A DNA stretch of 64,000 nt from a virus. Position 1 is the first letter of the stretch. Every line of letters starts with the position of its first letter. The stretch is from IMG/VR virus record IMGVR_UViG_3300045988_154248, one strand, 5' to 3'. A program made the position numbers and the translations under genes. This document shows positions 19,601 through 29,500 of this stretch, one piece after another. The notes beneath the pieces were generated by a model. It did no database searches. It was not told the DNA's origin and saw only the letters and a list, made by a program, of their open reading frames with translations.

Positions 19601-22492
19601 GGACAGAGAGACTGGAGCAAGCCAATAATATTCTTGATTATCTGGTACAGAAACAGCAAGAGGCTGGACATACAGATATTATCATTGATGCGGATGCAAG
19701 TTCTGTCGATCAAAAGATCTCTGATCTGAAGAGTCAACTGGAGCAATTCAGAAACGAAGACGGTACGATTCCTGTTAATGCCGATACACAAGATGCTGTC
19801 AACAGTCTGCAATCTTTGTATGCTACGAAGCAAAATCTTGAAAATACACCAGCTATTCTACAGGTTGATACTTCGCAGGTTGACGGAGAACTGGGCAATG
19901 CGATCGGAAAATTACAGGAATATCAGAATGCTGTAGAGATTCTGAATGCACAGAACACGATGAAAACACAGGGCATCGACATTGATACCACAGATGCACA
20001 GCAGAAAGTACAACAGTTGGCAGGACAGCTACAGAATCTTGATGCTGATACGACAGCAAAGTTAGGTCTTGACGATACTGATTTTCAGTCGAAACTTTCT
20101 AATATTGCTACTCATCCGATTGATGTAGGAATAGGGGTAAATCTTGATCCGAATGCTCTTGCCGACGTCTCTGCAAAGATTTCTGGAATTACGCCAGAAT
20201 TACTTGTAAAAGCTGGTGTAAACGAAGAGGCGATTGTAAATTATACGCCGAAAGATAAGGACGCTACGGTCAAATACAAAGTTGACCATAGTGCGATTGA
20301 CAGTTATGATCCGGAAGACAAAAATGCTACGGTTACTTACGGTGTGGTTGTTTCTGGACTTGAAAATCTACCAGGTAATAAAACAAGAAGTCTGACTTAC
20401 AATATTAAGACTAATGGTACGGCTCCAAAAGTAAATGGTACGGCACATGCTATAGGAACAGCTCATGCGGCAGGTACTGCAAGCCGTAATTGGGGGCTTG
20501 CTCACAATGAACCACATGCGCTTGTAAATGAATTGAAACCAGAAGCAATCGTTCGGGATGGTAAGGCGTTTATCTTGAATGGCGGAGATCCTACTTTTGC
20601 AAATCTGAAGAAAGATGATGTTGTATTCAACGGTGATCAGACGGAGCAGTTGCTTGAACATGGTTATGTTACCGGTTCTCATGCACAACTTGCAGGTGGT
20701 GGTTATTCTTTAGGTAGTGCGTTCTCTGGAGGATCGGGAAGATTTAATGTTGGAAGTTCTGGAACAAAAGCTGATTCTTCCACATGGGAAGACGAAAAGA
20801 AACAGAATAATACCAGCCCTAACTCATCTTCTGGTAGCAGTAGTCGTAAAAACAGTGGATCATCTTCTGGTGGTTCAACTCGATCACCTTCCGGTGGAAG
20901 TTCTGGTGGCTCTTCATCCTCTTCTGATGCAAAGTCAACAACAGAAGAAGTAGTTGATTTTATCAAAATTATGCTCTCCCGTCTGTCCCGTATGACAGAG
21001 CTTGCAACTAATGCAATCGAACGTGCAGTAGGTCTTGCAAATAAACAAGCAGCCGCAGCAGATGCAATCGGTAAAGCAACGAATGAAATGGTTCATAACC
21101 AACGTGCAGCAGATGCTTATTTGGCAAAAGCTAATAGCATTAGTTTGTCTGATGCTTATAAGAACCAGATCATGAATGGTAGTATTAATATAGATACCAT
21201 CACAGATGAAGATCTGAAAAAGAAAATTAGTGACTTCCAAAGCTATTATGAATCTTACTTATCTGCAAGAGACAATGCGTTAAAGCTCGAAGATAAAATT
21301 ACCGAACTCGCTGAAAAACGTCTGGAAATCATTGAAAAAGAATATGATGCGATCGTAGACATCAACGATGCGATAAAAACCGTAGCCGATTCCAAAATTT
21401 CTCTCAACGATGCGCTGGGCGTGGCGATTGACAATCCAGACAATTATGCTAATCTGAATAATTCAATCAAAGCACAGGAAGATACTTATAATCAGCTGAC
21501 GAAAAAGCTTTCCGATTATCAGAAAGAGATGGAGTCTCAACTTTCCAGCGGCTTGATGCAAAAGGGTTCTGATGCCTATAATTCTGCGCTAAAAAATATT
21601 CAAGATTTTACAGCTAAGATTTATGATGCTTCTACCAGCCTTCTTGAACTACGGGATAAATTGGATCAGATTAAAATTGATACTATCCAGAATGTAATTG
21701 ACGGAATCAAACGTAATTCGGATATTACGGAGAAATATATTTCTTACCTGCAATCTCAGAATCGTGATGTGCCAGAGAATCTATACACTGACCGTATAGA
21801 TAATAATAACGCTCAGGTACAGCAGAATCTAAAGCAGATGGAAATATACCGGAAGAAACAGGCGGTTCTTGATGTCAATTCTAAATCGTATCAAGATTAT
21901 GCAGAAAAGATTCAAACGCTAAAAGAAAATACTTTGGAACTGATTACGGACAATGAATCTCTTCAAGATAGTATCTATGAGCTACGATTTAAGCCACTTG
22001 ACGATGCTATCCAGAAGTACAGTGACCTTGAAGATGAGCTGAAAAGTTTCCGTGACCTTCTGAATGATGATGCATTCCTTGATAAGCAAGGACGTATCAC
22101 GGAAGATGGATTGGCACAGATTGCTCTCTTACAACAGAGTATTGGTACGGCAAAACAAAAAATTGCAGATTATACCACGGGCCTGCAAAAACTAAAAGAG
22201 TCTTATGACAATGGGGTTATTTCCTTAACGGAATATAATGACAAGTCAAAAGATTACCGTGAAGGTATTCAAGGTTCGATTGCAGATGTGAAATCATATC
22301 AGGACAGTCTGGTTGATCTGTATAAGAATGCTATGAGTACAGAGGTTGATTATCTAACCTCTATTGTAACGAAGAGACAAGAGGCGCTTCAAGCAAAAGC
22401 TGACTATTATTCCTATGATAAATCAATATCCAAAAAGAGCAATGATATTAATGTTATTAAAGCACAAATCATGGCTTTAGAAGGGGTGAAAT
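16621..22492 (+). CDS. tail tape-measure protein, coding segment 3 of 4
   Basis: The frame is open from 16609, upstream of the listed Met at 16810, and has no SD. Long coiled-coil with one TM-like segment (IFLLTTAVTVGVAAW), a Gly/Ser-rich stretch (20790-20930) and a conserved LVNELKPEAIVRDGKAFILNGGD block. The 3' boundary is approximate. Confidence 0.7.
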
Positions 22493-23075
22493 ATTTGCTC
22501 CTATAAAATCTATTTAATTGCGGGAAGTCCCCATAAGGTTTAATTGGCTACAACGTAACCAGAAACGGTAGGCGTGAATGCGGTAGAGTTTTAAACTTAC
22601 AGTCCATTATTAGATAGAAACCATAAAAATAATTAAACTAGGGATAACCGAGTGTGCAAGTCACTCAGACGCAGCGAACTTCCTAAGTCAGAAATGATAT
22701 GGAAGACGTTCAGAGACTAACCCATATTGGGTGGCGCAATGCCTTAATGGAAGACTGCAAGCGATTGGCGGTCGAAAAAATATAGACTATTTGAATATTA
22801 AGTGATATTATAATTTTGAGGTGTGTTCTTTCCTATAATTAGTGATGAACAGATAGAACACAGTGTAGATACAACCAAAGAGACTCTCGAACACACATAT
22901 GAGAGAAGTAAGTAGAAGAAAAGACAACGAAATAGAACAATAAAGAAGATTGTGCAAGTTTGTAGAAGTTATACGAACCATCGTTCGCATGTTTGTGAAT
23001 TTTGCGAATAGATTTTTCTCTTGGGATTGCATATAATAAAGTCAAGAAAACCGTAAAGTTTTCTTATAATTAGTG

Positions 23076-23174
23076 GTTACGAAGCCATAAAATCGTATTA
23101 ATAGATGTTACGAAGCATGTAAAAAATCGTATTAATAGATGTTACGAAGCATGTAAAAAATCGTATTAATAGCG
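23076..23174 (+). ncRNA. ToxI/antiQ-like antitoxin RNA: three tandem 31/34/34-nt repeats
   Basis: GTTACGAAGC(C/ATG)...AAAATCGTATTAATAGAT repeated head-to-tail at 23076-23106, 23107-23140 and 23141-23174, immediately upstream of the ToxN-like gene. Confidence 0.7.
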
Positions 23175-23197
23175 GAGCTGGTTACAGCTCCTTTATT
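23174..23197 (+). terminator. terminator between the antitoxin repeats and the toxin gene
   Basis: GGAGCTG-GTTA-CAGCTCC hairpin then TTTATT. This is the position of the attenuating terminator in toxIN/abiQ loci. Confidence 0.6.
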
Positions 23198-23213
23198 ACT
23201 ATTAGGAGAAAAT

Positions 23214-23774
23214 ATGAAGTGGATTAATGTAGACGAAAAGTATACAGATTATCTTAGAAGTCACGAAGGAAGAATTCCTATGACCAATTATGGCACAGAT
23301 AAATACAAGCCATTTTTCGGTGTGCTGTTTGAAACAAATGGTTTGTATTATATTACACAGGTATCACATCCACGGGAAAAACATAAACGCTTGACACAAC
23401 AAAAAGATTTTTACAAAATATTTGATCCAGATAATACAACAAGATTAATAGCGGTTGTTAATCTTAATTACATGTTCCCAATTCCAAAAGAATGTACAAG
23501 TGCATTTGTTAAAAAGAATATAGGAACATATCGTACATTTAAATCAGAGAAAGCAAAAAGTCAATATATTAATTTGCTTGATAAAGAATTAAAAGTAATC
23601 AATAAAATGGATTTAGGAACAAAAGCATTGCAGTTGTATCATTTAAAATATACAGATCCTAACAGTACCGTTTCAAAAAGATGTATTGATTTTAAGGATA
23701 TGGAAAAATGGGCAAAGTTATATATTGAAACGTTAAATAATACAGAAACTACAGAACAACCCAAGGAGCAGTAA
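23214..23774 (+). CDS. toxN: ToxN/AbiQ-family type III toxin (endoribonuclease)
   Basis: MKWINVDEKYTDYLRSHEGRIP...KPFFGVLFETNGLYYITQVSHPREKH...IAVVNLNYMFPIP aligns with ToxN as I recall it: MKFYTISSKYIEYLKEFDDKVP...KAFIGIVLEIQGHKYLAPLTSPKKWH...LGLINLKFMIPI. AGGAGAA SD. Confidence 0.8.
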   Translation: MKWINVDEKYTDYLRSHEGRIPMTNYGTDKYKPFFGVLFETNGLYYITQVSHPREKHKRLTQQKDFYKIFDPDNTTRLIAVVNLNYMFPIPKECTSAFVKKNIGTYRTFKSEKAKSQYINLLDKELKVINKMDLGTKALQLYHLKYTDPNSTVSKRCIDFKDMEKWAKLYIETLNNTETTEQPKEQ

Positions 23775-23928
23775 ATCTACTGCTCTTTTCTTATACCTCA
23801 AATCTTAATTACAATCCCTCAAATAAAATTCAAATAGAAGATATAGTCCCATGCCATACGAAAGTATGGGGAGCAGTTATGCTCTTGTCCACGTAGCGAG
23901 TGGATGAAAAGAAAATGAAATAACCTCG

Positions 23929-25409
23929 ATGCTCAATCTCAAGTTAAGAAATTGAAGCAACAGCTTTCAGAAGCAGAGCAAGATTTAGCCGATACTAAGC
24001 GTGACCATGCAAATGATATGCAGTCTCAAGGTTACGATAAGCTCAGTGAAGATCTGAAAACTTCTCTTGATGATACCGAGTACGAAATTAGTCATAATGC
24101 TGACAAACAGCTTGAGATCATCAATTCTATGCTTGACAAAGCCGTGTCCTCTTATCAAGAAGCATATGGCAAAATCAACTCTATCATCAAAAATACTGGC
24201 TGGGTAGGTAGTACGGATTTTAACAATACCCAGTCTGATCTAAGCACAGAGACAGGTGTTAAGAATCAAAATTCCAACGCATCACAGTCTCAGTCCAGTG
24301 CAAATAAAAATCCATCCAGTACCGCATCTGGTACAAAAACTGATCCAATCAACAGTAATTCAAAAGCAAACAGTGATCTTGCGGATCAATTAGTTAAACC
24401 GGAAGATACAACGAATCGTAAGGTTGCGGAACTAAAGGTGTCTCCTACTTCTACTACACTGAAAGAGGGTAAATCCACAAGTATTACTGCTACAATCAGA
24501 CCGAACGATGCAGCTAATAAGACTCTTGCTTGGAAATCAAGTAATGAATCCATTGCTACTGTATCCAATGGTACGGTAAAAGCAAAGAAAGCAGGTTCCT
24601 GCACGATCACTGCTACTACTACTGACGGCAGCGGTTTATCTGCGAAAGTATCTGTTAAAGTCAATGCGAAACCAAAACCACCAAAGCCACAGCCGAAACC
24701 ACAACCAGCAAAAACTGGTGGAGATGGAATTCCTCGTGTTGGCGATGTCGTAACGTTCACAGGATCTTATTATAATGATTCCTGGGGTATGGCTCCAAAA
24801 GGTAGTAGATTTTCCGGTCAGCCTGGTGCTGTTGTTATTGACTCTTACACGGCTAGGGAATATGGCGGAAATGGACGTACTACTGGTGATTTTAAGATCC
24901 ATATCAAGAGTGCGCATGATCCTAATTATAGTGATCTTGGATGGGTGCGTCTTAGCCAGATTAGTGGTTATGAAAAGGGTACGGATCGTATTCATGGTGA
25001 TCAGCTTGTATGGACAAATGAAAATAAAGACACCAAACATCATGGCGTTTCAGAATTAATCTATCGCAAGAAAGATGGTGCTGTCCTTACACCTGTTCAA
25101 GATGGAGATTCTATTCTACCAGCAGATTTTGTAAGTAATTTGATTAAATTAAGTGCAATTGATCCTAAAGAATTCGGTATGAATGTAAGTACTACGCCAA
25201 ATCTGGTACAGACGAACATTCCTCAAAATATCAGCAATGTTGGAAATGTAACGGTAAAAAATCATTATGATTCATTACTCACAGTTGAAGGTAATGTTGA
25301 TAGGGATGCTCTGCCTGGATTACAGGAAATTCTTGAAAAGTCTTATCAGTATACAAGTAAACAGATCGTGAAAGATGCAAGAAAAGTTGGTATTAGACCA
25401 TCAAGATGA
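23929..25409 (+). CDS. tail tape-measure protein, coding segment 4 of 4
   Basis: The frame is open from 23919 with no SD. A coiled coil continues, then a Big_2-like Ig domain (VSPTSTTLKEGKSTSITATIRPNDAANKTLAWKSSNESIATV), a PKP linker and a C-terminal block typical of TMP ends. The 5' boundary is approximate. Confidence 0.7.
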
Positions 25410-25484
25410 CAAGCTATGGGAGGGTACTGTCAAAGGTACTCTCCTATTTCTATAACTATAACAAAATTTTTTGGAGGTGAGAAA

Positions 25485-26573
25485 ATGGCAAAAGAATTTA
25501 AAGATTTTACGTTTATGGGAAAGAAACTGAGTGATTTAAGTGTGAAATACGTATCTGTGGATTTTGATGGTGATGCAGATGTGAATATGGCAATGGAGAG
25601 GGATATGGAGACTGGAGATGCAAATCGTTATAAAGTGGAGCCGAATTACTTTTACGATAAGTGGAACGATACATTAGAATTCGAGCTTGATATTATTAAA
25701 GATCCATGCAAATTCACGAATCAAAATGATGCAGTAATTACAAAATCCGAACGTCGTGAAATCACGAGATGGCTAACTTCTTCTCACTTTCCAGAATGGT
25801 TAACTTTTTCGGGAACGGGCGATTCAGCAGATGATACAATTCGCTATTTTGGCTGGTTTAATAATATCGAATCTTACTCCGTTAATGCTCAAACATTTGG
25901 ATTAAAATTATATTTTAAATGCACAACGCCCTTTGGTTATACTGATAGTCTCGTAACAAGTGTATCATGTACCACATATAAAAATATTTTAATTGCCAAC
26001 AATAGTGACGAACTGAATAGTTATATCTATCCATCAATTGACATTATTCCAAAAGCAAATGGAGAAATATATATCTGTAATATGTCTGATGCGACAATTA
26101 ATCAGACGGGAACTCTCTCCTCTTCTAATACGAATTATCAGAGTCAACTGGTATCGCTGGTAAACACATATGCAAAATCAAACGCTTGTACCGTAGAATT
26201 CACGATTTCAGATTCTACAAAAGATATCGATTGGCATTGTAATAATACGCTCGCAAATTTTAAATTGGTTGATGTCTATGGTAACGAAACTTATCACACA
26301 GTATTTTACCGTACTGATTCCAAAGTATATTACATAATTGAAAATGGATTAATGCGGATGTCTGTATCCAAAGATTTAAAAGTATATCTTGATTGTCAGA
26401 AACTTACTATTAACGATGAATTAGGGAGAATGGTAACTTACGATAAATTAGGTATTACTGATGTAGCTTATATGTATTGGCTGCAGCTTTTGAACGGGAA
26501 CAATTCTCTTCTATTTTATGGTAATTGTGATTTTAAAGTTAAACATATTGAGTCTCGAAAGGTTGGTGGATAA
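25485..26573 (+). CDS. distal tail protein (Dit) candidate
   Basis: GGAGGTGA SD then ATG 25485. Sits immediately after the TMP and before Tal. The N-terminus (FTFMGKKLSDL...) is typical of siphovirus tail-component proteins. Confidence 0.6.
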   Translation: MAKEFKDFTFMGKKLSDLSVKYVSVDFDGDADVNMAMERDMETGDANRYKVEPNYFYDKWNDTLEFELDIIKDPCKFTNQNDAVITKSERREITRWLTSSHFPEWLTFSGTGDSADDTIRYFGWFNNIESYSVNAQTFGLKLYFKCTTPFGYTDSLVTSVSCTTYKNILIANNSDELNSYIYPSIDIIPKANGEIYICNMSDATINQTGTLSSSNTNYQSQLVSLVNTYAKSNACTVEFTISDSTKDIDWHCNNTLANFKLVDVYGNETYHTVFYRTDSKVYYIIENGLMRMSVSKDLKVYLDCQKLTINDELGRMVTYDKLGITDVAYMYWLQLLNGNNSLLFYGNCDFKVKHIESRKVGG

Positions 26574-26575
26574 AC

Positions 26576-29500
26576 GTGAATATAATTTTTAATCGTTATA
26601 ATGAGCCGATCCAGGGACATGTATATTTAGGAACACCAAATGGTAAAATTCTATGTGCTATTAATGGAATTGAAGAGAGTACGTTTAAGCTCACGTCAAA
26701 ATTTAATAATACATTTGAATTGACGTTTGACTTGAATGAAAATATTCTTATTCAAGATGGAAAAGGTCTTTCTAAATTAGTTCATTCCAATGTATATGAT
26801 CTTGTTGGATGGCTTATGCGTGTTTATGTCGAAAATGTTGGTTGGTTCATCATGGAACATCCGAAAATTACTGACGATGGTATGAAGCAAATCAAAACAA
26901 TCACATGTCAATCCGCAGAAATCGAGATGCAACAACACGATCTCAAGAATTTTAAAATCAACCAGGGAACAACAGATTCCTACGAGATGTTAGCAGATAA
27001 TAATGTGGAGAAAATAGATGATGTAGAATTTGCTAAAGAACAAATCAAATTTCACAATCCTCAAAATCCGCAACTTAGTTTGATTGATTTAGCCCTAAAA
27101 GCCGCTGGCATGAAAGGCTGGTCTGTTGGGGAAATTGATTCAACCCCAAAAACATATCGGACATATAAAGATGGAAAATATGTCGAAACTACTACTCTTC
27201 TATCTAACGAAATTGGTGCGTTTGATGTTGAGAGTCAGGACTTGTATTCTTTCTTTACACAAGATATGGCTAAATATTTTCAGTGTGTATTTGTATTCGA
27301 CTTTTTGCATATGAAAATAAGTGCTTATCATCCTGAGAATTATGGCAAGAGTACAAACGTAAATATTAATTTTCGAAACCTGCAACAATCTCAAGAAATA
27401 ACAGTTGATGATAGCACTTTATTTACACGATATTATGTACAAGGTGCAGATGATCTTGGCATTACTTATGTCAATTTTGGTTCAAATTATATTGAAAATA
27501 TTGATTATTACTTAAACGAAAAATACTTCTCTCCTCTTTTAATTATTAAATATAAACTGTGGAAAGAAGACTATGAAGAAGCTCGTATATTATATATAGA
27601 AGCAACTCGTCAATATAATGAACAAATGAAAGTCGTAACAGAGCTATATGATCGCGTTCCATTGGATGATTGTTCTACGGATTGGAGTACTTTTACAGAT
27701 GATGAATTGAAAGAAGCTCAGGCTAATTACCAGGCACAACTTAAAGGATATGAACAATTTTACGTTGATGACGATGGAAATTTCGATGAGAATGCATTAA
27801 AAAATTCTTCTGATGCTAATGACTATTATCAGATTAAAAATGTTATTCTTCCATCCATTCAGATTGAAATGGATAATCGTCAACTACCAACAGATGATGA
27901 TAATGCCGATTATGTGGATTCTTACAAAACAAATTGGAAATTATATGGTTTGGATGAATTGAAAGTCAAATTGCAAGAATATAAAAACACTATCGAAACT
28001 TGTAAAAAAGGCGGATATGATCAACCATATACAGAGGATTCATCTCATACTAAAGATGTTCACGACACAATGTACGCAAAATATCTTGATGCTCAAAACC
28101 AATTAGATTCAAATTATGTTGGAGGATGTCAAGAGGCATATGATCAGCGACAATCTGAAATTGATGCAGCAAACGAGATATTAAATAGTTATAACAAAAC
28201 TCGTACAGATCTAGTAAAACAGATTTCAAAGGAAACCTGGAGTGGTGTTGTTGCTGCTGATAATTCGGGATATATTCTCGATGAGGCGGGGAATTATATA
28301 ACGGATGAAGCCGGTAGAAGAATATATTGCGACACACAAAAGTTACAATTTACAGAGCGTGATCTTACCGAGTTGTCAAAAGTGTATTATGACGGAGATT
28401 ACTCAAATGAGAATATGTTTTTAACAGATTCAGACGACCAAGTATCTGCTATTGATGAGCAACTTAAGCTTCTAGATGCTGCTATTGACGATTTGTACAT
28501 AGCATCTCATCCCCAATATCAGTTTACCACATCTCTTGATAATTTCTTAGCCTTGGCTGATTACGAAGATTATATAAAAAATATAAATCAGGGTGACTAT
28601 CTATGGTTGACCGTAGATAATAAGGTAGTAAAACTTCGTGTAGTTGAAATACAATATAATCCGCTTATAGCAGATAATAGTATTCAAATAACATTTTCTA
28701 ATATGATACAAGGACGTAGTAGTAGAAATGACTTATCATACGTTCTAAACACACCATCAAATGCAAGTAAATCTTCCGCATCTGGTTCATCTAATAATTT
28801 CTTAAACAATGAAGGGATCACTCTTACAGCAGGCCTCATTCAAAAACTCATTTCCAATGGCGCATTTAAAAATGGCGTTTCTCAAATAATCAATAATGAA
28901 TTTGCTGGTATGTTGGCTGGCGGTTCTATTTCGCTAGAAGAACTTAATGCAAAAATCATTAAAGTAACCGATTTGTACGGTAAAAATGGATATTTCGAAT
29001 ACCTACAAGCAAAACTTATTACAGCAGGAAGAGTCGTTGCCGACAGTGCTGATTTTAAAGAATTATCTGCTCTTGCTGCTACCATCAAATCTGCTATCAT
29101 TGGTGCTTCATCCACGGAGACAGGTATCGTAATTAATCTTACAACTGAAAATGCCACGATGAGCGAAGCGATGATCAAGGATCTTATTGCCAAATATATC
29201 ACCGTTAATGAACTTAAAGCTGGCGACATCTATACAAATAAAATCAAGATTTTATCTGAAAATGGTACGCTCAGAATTCAAGATAATACGTTCTCAATCT
29301 ATGATGAAGATGGTAATGTAGTAGTTCAGCTTGGAGAAGATAAAAACGGAAATTACGGATTAATCATATCAGATTCCAAAGGATCTGTCTTGTTAGATTC
29401 ACAAGGGCTGCACGAGGGTATTGTTCCTGATGATTTCATTAAAACGGATATGATTGCAGATGGTCAAATTACAGAATCTAAGATTGACAAGACCACCATG

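Larger units (their letters stand above)
22493..23928 (+). ncRNA. group I intron 3 (carries a type III TA module)
   Basis: AATTGCGGGAAG (22516-22527) matches the P4 strand AAUUGCGGGAAAG. GACGCAGCGAACTTCCTAAGTCAG (22668-22690) matches the Tetrahymena R element GCAGCCAAGUCCUAAGUC. CAGAGACTAA (22710-22719) matches the S element CAGACUAA. GAAA-capped hairpin CCATACGAAAGTATGG near the 3' end. Confidence 0.75.

Noticed and set aside
8394-21443. Numerous 60-135-aa minus-strand and off-frame ORFs within the tape-measure segments, Tal, nrdD and ligA (e.g. 8394..8603, 18039..18251, 20703..20966, 24386..24760, 58750..59154)
   Set aside because: They are embedded in long ORFs with strong family signatures and have no SDs and biased shadow-frame composition.
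22808-23045. Minus-strand ORFs 22808..23032 and 22839..23045 in intron 3
   Set aside because: They overlap each other, have no SD, and give low-complexity translations. The region is better explained as the intron periphery and promoter region of the TA module.
23076-23174. Tandem 34-nt repeats as a mini CRISPR array or transposon end
   Set aside because: The repeats are contiguous without spacers and are followed by a terminator and a ToxN-like gene. This fits a type III antitoxin RNA.
10719-23928. Inteins as the explanation for the interrupted tape-measure gene
   Set aside because: All three interruptions contain stop codons in the TMP frame, genes on either strand and ribozyme-like RNA elements. 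No intein splicing blocks are present.
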